Part shown: one piece after another, positions 56,511-64,000 of the stretch
How the letters are laid out: each line of letters begins with the position of its first letter
Numbering within the stretch: position 1 is the first letter of the stretch
Source of the DNA: Candidatus Poribacteria bacterium
GTDB taxonomy: Bacteria; Poribacteria; WGA-4E; JAJDTR01
Assembly (NCBI GenBank): GCA_965222225.1
Contig: CBDCTK010000002.1
Span: forward strand, 5,571,098 to 5,635,097
Reading direction: 5' to 3'
Length of the DNA stretch: 64,000 nucleotides
The notes under the pieces: model-generated
Database searches by the model: none
What the model was told of the DNA's origin: nothing
The model's input: only the letters and a program-made list of their open reading frames with translations
Program-made: the position numbers and the translations under genes

Positions 56511-56717
56511 GTACGGTTTAGGATTAAAGTTTATTTTCTAGCGCGATTGGGAAGAACAGGATTGGAAGGTTGGAAGATTTTCGTCTATGTGACCCTCAAC
56601 ATAACATTTCTTTGGAGCTCAAAACTCGACGGTTAATGACCACATAAATCGCGGCTGGATTTGTCAATCTAGCAGGAGCGGTTCGGACCTAGACCGAAAT
56701 GCAAGTTTATTCGCTAA

Positions 56718-57016
56718 GCTCGACTTTGTGCATTTAAGCGGGATAACAGACGGTGTCAATCAAGCGTTGAAGAAAAGCGGGGGAGATTTTAACCATCTGG
56801 TCTTTTTGGTTGACCATTGAAAAAATCGTCAGCGGTTTCTGATATTGTGCAACCTGTCGGAATCTCTATCGCACTCACTATGGGATCTTCTATCGCCTTC
56901 GTTATCCACTCAGTTGATCGTTCGTTTGATCTCGCGCTGGCGCTTTCAAAGGCTGGTGCGCAGTGCGCACCCTACAAGATGGCAATTCAGAATTGTACTT
57001 TTGTACAAAGTCGAGC
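56718..57016. mobile_element. MITE family A (299 bp)
   Basis: TIR GCTCGACTTTGT(A/G)CA / TGTACAAAGTCGAGC with TAA on both sides; partial copies from 11563 and ending at 58993. Confidence 0.85.
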
Positions 57017-57232
57017 TAAGAGCCTGTTTGAATAATCGGTGGCAAAGCCATTTCTGGTCATTTGTAGGAAGTTTTATCATGTTTTCATTGTTGGCTGCTA
57101 CATACCTGTGGGATCGCTATCGCACTCACTATCCGTTCGTTTGATCCCCGCTGGGGCTTAGGTTCACGGGGTTTTGGTGTTTCTATACACCTTCATGGAT
57201 CTCTATCGCAGTCATTATTCATTCCTTTGATC
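56859..57232 (+). repeat. Four 37-bp units: nested pair 56859-56931, plus 57110-57146 and 57196-57232
   Basis: All fit GGATYTCTATCGC-NN-TC-NNT-ATY-NNN-TC-NNT-TGATC with minor variation. Confidence 0.9.
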
Positions 57233-57265
57233 GCGCCCTACAAACTGTACTTTTCAAACCGGCTC
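57020..57265. mobile_element. MITE family B (246 bp), IS5-like ends
   Basis: GAGCCTGTTTGAA / TTCAAACCGGCTC with TAA on both sides; left-end homolog starts at 3473. Confidence 0.75.
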
Positions 57266-57275
57266 TAAAAACATA

Positions 57276-58274
57276 ATGAAGACAATGAGTAAACTAGGAA
57301 TAGGATTTGTCGGCAGTGATGTGCATGTCGGTGGATATGTTAAAGCGTTTCTGGCTCATCCCGATGTGAGATTGGTCGGGGCTTGCGATAGCGAAGAAGT
57401 TAACGCTCGGGAAGTGGCGGCACAGGGGAACATGGGTTTATGGACAACGTGCTACGAGGAATTGCTTGAAAACCGGGAAATTGATGTTATAATGGTGTGC
57501 AGTCCTGACCATTTCCATGCTGCTCATTCTATCGCGGCGCTCAGAGCTGGAAAGCATGTTCTATGCGAAAAGCCTATGACTACCACCTTGCAGGATTGTA
57601 AGGACATGGTCAGGGCGGTGGACGAAACGGGGCTTGCGTTTATGGCTAGCCAGTTCATGAGGTTTCGTCCTATACATCAAGCGATAAAGAGATTGTACGA
57701 CGACGGGGTACTTGGACAGGCTTTCTTCGTAGAGGGCAGTTACATCCACGATATGAGTAGCATCTATGCCCGGAACACGTGGCGCTCGGACGCGAAGAAC
57801 CCTCAAAATATTCTCATAGGCGGAGGTTGCCATCCCTTGGACCTGCTTCGTTGGGCGGTTGGCTCGGAGATTGAAGAGGTGCACGCCTATTCCAACGGTT
57901 ACGCTGCTCGCGACTTTGTTCTGGATGATTGCTACATCTTCAGTTGCAGATTTGAAAACGGTTGTCTTGGAAAGGTACTGGTGACTAGCGGTTGCAGGGG
58001 ACACGGTATGGGCGAGGGATTCCTTTCAATCTACGGGACGGAGGCGACCGTATGGCGAGACCGCTACTATCCTGCCAATGGGGAGCCAACAGACATCAAT
58101 TTCGAAGAGCTCGATCCGATGCAAGTGGTTGTCGACCATTTCGTTGATTGTGTAGTGACTGGAGAACGGCCATCAATAGATGTTCGTGACGGGGCAAAAA
58201 CCGTGTCTGCACTGGTTGCAGGCGTGGAATCTGCCGAATCGGGAGCGCCTGTATCCGTTTTTAACGATTTTTGA
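57276..58274 (+). CDS. Gfo/Idh/MocA family oxidoreductase
   Basis: IGFVG, GKHVLCEKPM and GCHPLDL. Confidence 0.93.
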   Translation: MKTMSKLGIGFVGSDVHVGGYVKAFLAHPDVRLVGACDSEEVNAREVAAQGNMGLWTTCYEELLENREIDVIMVCSPDHFHAAHSIAALRAGKHVLCEKPMTTTLQDCKDMVRAVDETGLAFMASQFMRFRPIHQAIKRLYDDGVLGQAFFVEGSYIHDMSSIYARNTWRSDAKNPQNILIGGGCHPLDLLRWAVGSEIEEVHAYSNGYAARDFVLDDCYIFSCRFENGCLGKVLVTSGCRGHGMGEGFLSIYGTEATVWRDRYYPANGEPTDINFEELDPMQVVVDHFVDCVVTGERPSIDVRDGAKTVSALVAGVESAESGAPVSVFNDF

Positions 58275-58377
58275 TGTGAAGTTCAAGACTTGAGAAGAGC
58301 ACAATGACGTCATTTTCAGCTCTATTATCACTTATTTCATCAATCGTGACGGCGTTGAGACGCGCAATGTTACGTTA

Positions 58378-58779
58378 ATGGCGGGCGCGGCCGAGAACCT
58401 CTTCACGCCCGCAATGGAACAGACGGATGACTGGCAACCAACAGTTTACGATGATTTGTATGCCAGATCGCTCGTTCTGTCGGACGGTCAGGAGTATCTT
58501 GTAATCCTAACAGCCGACCACATCATGCAGGGTTTCGACGAAACCGAGATTATGCGGCGGGTCATTAATAGAGCCACAGGGATTCCGCCGAACAATATTT
58601 TCATCAATTTCAGCCATACGCACAATTCGATTTTCCCGGGCGGCAGGTGGAAGAAGGAGGCCCAGGCTTCGACCGCCAAACTTGACATTCCGTATGATGA
58701 ATGGTTGGGCAGCGAAGGGAAGGCGCTCGATCCATTTGTTCAGTGGTGGTTTGGCCATCTCGCTGAAGCGACGAAGTGA
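58378..58779 (+). pseudogene. Truncated neutral-ceramidase-like N-terminal domain
   Basis: VYDDLYARSLVLSDG and TGIPPNNIFINFSHTHN; only 133 aa, ending just before the repeat cluster. Confidence 0.6.
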
Positions 58780-58809
58780 TTCTTGAGTGTTTGAGTTGCT
58801 ACTACCTCC

Positions 58810-58943
58810 GGGAACTCTATCGCACGGGATTTGCTATGGGATTTCTATCGCGCTCCCTTTCCAGTCGCTTGATCCCACTCTGAGGCTTTTGGAGGCTGGT
58901 GCGCAGGGGATCTCTATCGCAGTCATTATTCATTCCTTTGATC
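58810..58943 (+). repeat. Two 5' partial and two full 37-bp units (58838-58874, 58907-58943)
   Basis: Same consensus; 58908-58943 is identical to 57197-57232. Confidence 0.9.
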
Positions 58944-58993
58944 GCATCCTACAAGATGGCAATTCAGAATTTTACTTTTGTACAAAGTCGAGC
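58810..58993. mobile_element. Partial MITE family A copy (right end)
   Basis: CTACAAGATGGCAATTCAGAATT..TGTACAAAGTCGAGC then TAA, matching 56972-57019. Confidence 0.8.
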
Positions 58994-59184
58994 TAAGTAG
59001 TTATGTAAGAACTTGCTGGATTTGTCAATCCAGCAGGAGCAGGAGTCCCCATTGCACGGTGGTCTTTGTCAAAGTGTGAATTTTGTTATTTGCAAGTTAC
59101 TGAGAAAGTTGAGAAAGATATTCCTTGGGATTCTCGGAAGCTCAAAAGTTTTCAAGAAACCAATCTACAATATGGGAGGTAACA

Positions 59185-60141
59185 ATGTTTAACAGGAATC
59201 GAATCAAATTTTTCCTTCTAGTCGGACTAACAACCGGGCTGGTTGCGTTGGCAGGAGGATGGGCACTCACTCATGAGGACCATTGGTATCCTTCGAGATG
59301 GGGCGCTGACGATCAACGCGGAGCGGCAAACCGCATCACATCGGCAAAGATACTGGAAGCGGCTACCCTGATTAAAGAGGGTAAGATTTATCAGTTGGGT
59401 AGAGTCTACGAGGCGGGTATGCCGGTCTTTGGTGCACGTCATTACAGTTTGCGTATTCCCGTGATGTCAGGGCCCCTGGGTGAAAATAAGATTACATGGT
59501 TCGAGGAGATTGTCAGTGGCGAGCTTGGACAGATTGGCACACAATTCGATGGACTGGGGCACGTCGGTATTGGCGACCTCTACTATAACGGTTTCAACCG
59601 TAATGAGTTTGTCAAGCCTGAGGGATTGGTGAAAATCGGTGTGGAAAACGTCGGCGCCTTTGTGACGCGGGGGGTACTTGTCGATGTCGCCGGTTATAAA
59701 GGTGTTGAACATTTGGATGGAGGCTACGAGATTACTGTTGCCGATTTAGAGGGCGCTCTTGAACGCCAAGGAACAATGATTACGCCCGGCGATGTGGTTC
59801 TCATCCATACCGGTTGGGGTAAATTCTGGATAACAGATAATGAACGCTTTAACGCTAGCGAACCCGGCATCGGTCTGGGAGCGGGCCACTACTTGGTTGA
59901 CAAAGAGATTGCCATGGTCTGTGGCGATAGCTGGGGGGTAGAGGTGGTACCGAATCCCGATGAATCGCTGGCGTTCCCCGTGCATCAGTTGATTCTACCT
60001 AAAAATGGCATCTACATTCTTGAAAACATCATCACCGAGGAGTTAGCGATGGATAAGGTGTACGAATTCGCTTTCGTCTTCGCACCGCTGCGAATCAAGG
60101 GCGCTACCGGCTCTCCGGGCAATCCAATCGCGATTCGGTAA
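59185..60141 (+). CDS. Exported cyclase-family (KynB-like) protein
   Basis: GGAGG RBS, signal peptide, WGADDQRGAAN, GTQFDGLGH, TRGVLVD, GDVVLIHTG and GATGSP. Confidence 0.9.
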   Translation: MFNRNRIKFFLLVGLTTGLVALAGGWALTHEDHWYPSRWGADDQRGAANRITSAKILEAATLIKEGKIYQLGRVYEAGMPVFGARHYSLRIPVMSGPLGENKITWFEEIVSGELGQIGTQFDGLGHVGIGDLYYNGFNRNEFVKPEGLVKIGVENVGAFVTRGVLVDVAGYKGVEHLDGGYEITVADLEGALERQGTMITPGDVVLIHTGWGKFWITDNERFNASEPGIGLGAGHYLVDKEIAMVCGDSWGVEVVPNPDESLAFPVHQLILPKNGIYILENIITEELAMDKVYEFAFVFAPLRIKGATGSPGNPIAIR

Positions 60142-60262
60142 ACACTGGTCAAGGGTTTAGAAAACCGAAAGTTCTGATCCCTTGAGTTGTGTTGCCAGCT
60201 GGCGTCGTGGCGGCGCGCGCGTGATAGCTTGCGAATCGGATTCTGGCACGAGCGAGGGATAG

Positions 60263-60925
60263 ATGGATCGAATTTTAGAGCCGGAGGTGATGGATTCCTT
60301 CGAGGACGCCGAAGCCTACGACGCGATGGATCATACCGAGGTCAACATCGCGTTCGTAGAGCGCGTCCTTGAACTTGGGGCGGGGGAAGGGCGCTTCTTG
60401 GACGTGGGGACGGGACCTGCAGCAATCCCAATTATGTTAGCACAGCGACTACAGGCGGTTGAAGTCATTGGAATTGACCTCTCTCCGAACATGCTGGAAC
60501 TGGGGGATTTCCATATTACCGAAGCCGGGTTGACCGATCGGATTACGTTGGCGCAGGCTGACGCGAAAGACTTGCCGTATCCAAGTCAGTTCTTTGATGC
60601 CGTTTTATCTAACAGCATAATCCACCACATTCCAGATCCGCTGCCTATGCTCCGTGAAGTTAGCCGAGTCATTCGCTCGGATGGGTTAATCTTGATTCGC
60701 GATCTGATACGCCCTAAGACAACCGAAGCTGCTTTAGGGCTTGTGGAGCAGCATGCTAGTGGTGCCACGCCCTACCAGAAGAAACTGTTTTACGATTCTT
60801 TTCTTGCCGCGTTCACCATTTCCGAAGTTAAAGACATGCTAGTCCAAGTGAACCTGCCCGGCACAGCTGTCGTTCGGAGTTCGGATCGACACTGGTCAAT
60901 TGAGCGTCCTACGGAAAAGGGTTAA
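60263..60925 (+). CDS. Class I SAM-dependent methyltransferase
   Basis: RILEPEVMD, LDVGTGPA, GIDLS and FDAVLSNSIIHH. Confidence 0.92.
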   Translation: MDRILEPEVMDSFEDAEAYDAMDHTEVNIAFVERVLELGAGEGRFLDVGTGPAAIPIMLAQRLQAVEVIGIDLSPNMLELGDFHITEAGLTDRITLAQADAKDLPYPSQFFDAVLSNSIIHHIPDPLPMLREVSRVIRSDGLILIRDLIRPKTTEAALGLVEQHASGATPYQKKLFYDSFLAAFTISEVKDMLVQVNLPGTAVVRSSDRHWSIERPTEKG

Positions 60926-61154
60926 TCTAGGTGGCAGCCGCGATTCCGAAATGAGAGGGAACGAAGAGCAAACGAAACGTCTCTTTCCATTCTTGGGAAG
61001 CGTGGATCGTTCTTGGTTCAAGGCGGAACACCAACCTTGTCCACGATTTTTCCTCCATATATAGTCATTCACATTCATATTTACACATACTTGGAGATTT
61101 AACGATTGAAGATTGTTACGATTGAGCTCGCTCCTACAGATGACGCGCAATAAA

Positions 61155-61191
61155 GGGATTTCTATCGCAGTCGCTATTCGCTCCCTTAATC
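61155..61191 (+). repeat. 37-bp dispersed unit
   Basis: GGGATTTCTATCGCAGTCGCTATTCGCTCCCTTAATC. Confidence 0.85.
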
Positions 61192-61439
61192 GCTACTACA
61201 AACCGAACTGCGTAATTCCTATATGTATAATTCTTAATCGGAATGACTATAGTTTTCCACGTCTTTCTCCGACCGATATGTGCAGTCATCGGGATTGTCA
61301 ATGTCATGTTCTCGCGTCTAATAATCGTTGAATGTGGCACTCCATACGTGTAGAATATGTTCATCTTACCGCGATGATTCCGCGCGGCAGATGAACGTGA
61401 ATACAACACACTCTGTTCGCAAAACCAAACATTGCTTAG

Positions 61440-64000
61440 ATGAAAAAAACACAAGATAGTTCTGCCCGGAAGCATACTCAATGGCGTTTGCCTGTAGGCG
61501 CCAAAGCTCGACTTGGAAAGGGCTGGCTTTCTAGTAATGTCGCTTGGTCTCCAGATGCCAAGCGTCTTGCAATCGGCAGTAGTGTCGGTGTGTGGCTCTA
61601 CGATGCGCACTCCGGGGAAGAAATCACTTTGATGACCGGGCATACGGGACCTATTTCTAGTGTAGCCTTTAGTCCTGATGGACGGACGTTCGCCAGTGGT
61701 GGAAGTTGGTGGGATGGCACGGTTCGTCTGTGGAATGCTATTACGGGGGGGCATGAAAAAACACTCACCGCGCATACAGGATGGGTTCTAAGTCTAACCT
61801 TCAGCCCGGATGGAGGAACGCTCGCCAGTGGTAGTGAGGACGAATCCATCTGTCTGTGGAATGTCCGCACGGGACACCGCAACCGAAAACTCATCGGACA
61901 TACAGGAGGAATACGAAGTGTCGCGTTTAGTCCGGACGGAAGCACGCTCGCCAGCGGTAGTGAGGACGAGACAATCCGTCTTTGGGATGTGGTTTCCGGA
62001 TCCCATAAGCACAAACTGACAGGACACGCAGGCGGGGTGAGGAGCGTAGCGTTCAGCCCGGATGGGAAGGTGTTAGCCAGCGGCGGTTGGGATGAAAATA
62101 TTTACCTCTGGGATGTCAAGGCAGGAGGCGACAAGCAAGAACTAACCGGACACACAGGGCGCGTGTCAAGCGTAGCGTTCAGCCCAGATGGAAATACACT
62201 GGCGAGTGGCGGCGAGTTTGGCATCATTCATCTATGGAATACCGCGTCTGCCACCAAGGAACGAACGCTTACCGGGCATACGCGGTGGGTTTCCAGTGTG
62301 GCTTTCAGTTCGGATGGAAATACACTCGCCAGCACGAGCGATGACAACACAATCCGTCTGTGGGATAGTCTCATGGGAGTGCACAAGCAGAGGTTCGTCG
62401 GACACATAGGCAAGATTAGAGGGGTCGTGATAAGTCCGGACGGGAAAACGATTGCCAGCGCCAGCGATGACAATACCGTTCGTCTGTGGGATGCCATGAC
62501 CGGTGAGAATAAGCATACTCTGACCGGACACACGGAGGAGGTTACCAGTGTCACGTTCAGTCCGAATGGGGATGTGCTTGCCAGTGGGGGTAATGACAAT
62601 ACCGTTTGTCTATGGGATGCGGAGACGGGGGACCATAGGCAGACATTGACCGGACATTGGAACCCGGTCTTATCTGTTGCATTCAGTCCAGACGGGGTGA
62701 CGCTTGCCAGCGGGAGCAACGACACTACTGTCCGTCTATGGGATGTCGCTACAGGAGACCATAAGCAAACACTGACTGCGCATGCTCGAGCGGTTCACGG
62801 CGTAGCGTTTAGCCCGGATGGACAGATGCTTGCGACCGGGAGCGAAGACAATACTGTCCGTTTATGGAATGCCGCCACAGGTCGGCACAAGGGCAAACTA
62901 GCAGGAGACACCCCCGCGATCAGGAGCGTAGCGTTCACACCGGATGGTGGAACGATAGCCGGTGGGAGCGAGTCAGGTACCATCTATCTTTGGGACGTTG
63001 TAACGGGGGATCAAAAGTTGACTCTGACCGGGCACGCGGAGGGTGTATGGAGCGTTGCTTTCAGTTCAGATGGGATAACGCTCGCCAACGGGAGCAATTA
63101 TGGTACTGTTCATTTGTGGAATACCGTCGCAGGAAACCACGAACGGGCGCTCACCGGCCATACCGAGAGGGTTTCGGCGGTTGCTTTCAGCTCGGACGGT
63201 TCGTCGCTGGTTAGCGGGAGCGATGACCACACAATCTGTATGTGGGAGGCCACCACAGACGCAAACGATCGGGAAATCACCGGACATACGGCTGCCGTTA
63301 CCAGCGTCGGGTTCAGTCCAGATGGTGGAACGCTTGCAAGTGGAAGTGGAAACGCGTTTGGTAGCGAGGATAATACCATCCAAGTATGGGATGCCGAGGA
63401 TGGCACCCACGAACAAACATTCTCCGGGCTCCCAGATCGAGTTACAACCGTTGGGGTGAGCCCGAACGGTAGAATGCTCGCCAGTGATGGAAATTGGGAC
63501 AATAACGTTCGCCTTTGGGATGTTGGCACCGGTGCTCTTACACAAACACTTGTTGGACACACCAAGAGAATTAGAAGTGTCACATTCAGCCCAGACGGGA
63601 CGACATTGGCGAGCGGGAGTGATGACAATACCATCTGCCTATGGGACTCTATCTCAGGGGAGCACAAGCGTACACTCATTGGGCATAAGGGTGGAGTGAA
63701 GAGCGTTGCGTTCAGCCCGAACGGGACGATGTTGGCAAGCGGAAGCAACGACGGCACCATTCGGCTGTGGGATGTTATCGCAGGTACACCCAGGCGAACA
63801 CTTGCCGGACATGAAGGTGGAGTGCGAAGCCTGGTTTTCAGCCCTGACGGCGGAATGCTCGCCAGCGAGGGAAATTCGGACGGCACCATCCGTTTGTGGG
63901 ACTCGATTACAGGGGCACACAAACGAAGACTTAAGGGAAATACCCATAGAGTCCGGAGCGTTGGATTTAATCCGGATGGCAGTATGATCGCCGGTCACGG
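61440..64000 (+). CDS. Large WD40-repeat protein (partial, runs off the window; absent from the ORF track)
   Basis: ATG 61440 MKKTQDSSARKHTQWRLPVGAKARLGKG, then about 20 LTGH..V.SVAFSPDG..LASGS.D..RLWD repeats. Confidence 0.92.
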   Translation, partial: MKKTQDSSARKHTQWRLPVGAKARLGKGWLSSNVAWSPDAKRLAIGSSVGVWLYDAHSGEEITLMTGHTGPISSVAFSPDGRTFASGGSWWDGTVRLWNAITGGHEKTLTAHTGWVLSLTFSPDGGTLASGSEDESICLWNVRTGHRNRKLIGHTGGIRSVAFSPDGSTLASGSEDETIRLWDVVSGSHKHKLTGHAGGVRSVAFSPDGKVLASGGWDENIYLWDVKAGGDKQELTGHTGRVSSVAFSPDGNTLASGGEFGIIHLWNTASATKERTLTGHTRWVSSVAFSSDGNTLASTSDDNTIRLWDSLMGVHKQRFVGHIGKIRGVVISPDGKTIASASDDNTVRLWDAMTGENKHTLTGHTEEVTSVTFSPNGDVLASGGNDNTVCLWDAETGDHRQTLTGHWNPVLSVAFSPDGVTLASGSNDTTVRLWDVATGDHKQTLTAHARAVHGVAFSPDGQMLATGSEDNTVRLWNAATGRHKGKLAGDTPAIRSVAFTPDGGTIAGGSESGTIYLWDVVTGDQKLTLTGHAEGVWSVAFSSDGITLANGSNYGTVHLWNTVAGNHERALTGHTERVSAVAFSSDGSSLVSGSDDHTICMWEATTDANDREITGHTAAVTSVGFSPDGGTLASGSGNAFGSEDNTIQVWDAEDGTHEQTFSGLPDRVTTVGVSPNGRMLASDGNWDNNVRLWDVGTGALTQTLVGHTKRIRSVTFSPDGTTLASGSDDNTICLWDSISGEHKRTLIGHKGGVKSVAFSPNGTMLASGSNDGTIRLWDVIAGTPRRTLAGHEGGVRSLVFSPDGGMLASEGNSDGTIRLWDSITGAHKRRLKGNTHRVRSVGFNPDGSMIAGH

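Noticed and set aside
56868-56886. CACTCACTATGGG resembling the T7 promoter (vector or primer contamination)
   Set aside because: It lacks TAATACG, arises at a nested junction, and the shared nesting in two MITE copies argues for genomic origin.
56817-57144. Short ORFs containing GISIALT-like peptides (also 58787-58996 and 61113-61331)
   Set aside because: They are translations of the repeat units and MITEs with no RBS or consistent frame.
56859-58943. 37-bp units as a CRISPR array
   Set aside because: Copies are degenerate, nested and irregularly spaced, with no unique spacers of constant length and no cas genes.
61134-63998. Minus-strand and off-frame ORFs with repeated LPLASVxPSGLN motifs
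   Set aside because: They are antisense shadows of the + strand WD40 gene.

Overview
Bacterial chromosomal window, most likely Candidatus Poribacteria or a similar lineage. This is inferred from the WD40 protein with the LPxGAKARLGKG leader, HEAT-repeat proteins, sulfatases, GH32 and DUF5069. Housekeeping blocks are eno, ccmAB and ccmEFH, 2-oxoacid:ferredoxin oxidoreductase alpha/beta, prs, smpB-ssrA, two pspA genes, a GldA/F/G-like ABC system, and a TPP riboswitch followed by thiC-thiO-thiS, with thiE further downstream. There are two accessory regions. The first (19.1-22.5 kb) is a translationally coupled pair: a Met-Gly-starting QatB-like protein and a QueC/QatC-like enzyme fused to a TIR domain, a candidate undescribed anti-phage system. 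The second (40-55.7 kb) holds a frameshifted UvrD-like helicase, a DUF559-nuclease/SF2-helicase gene cleanly interrupted by an IS701-family element and paired with an M.RsrI-like methyltransferase, imuB-dnaE2, a phage-like gene pair and a Cho/UvrC-like nuclease. Intergenic DNA carries TAA-flanked MITEs, GTAG-type REP hairpins and a degenerate ~37-bp unit. This unit has 15 full or reconstructable copies, 14 on the + strand, and inserts without target duplication into hairpins and into itself. All calls are by-eye motif recognition; no searches were run.
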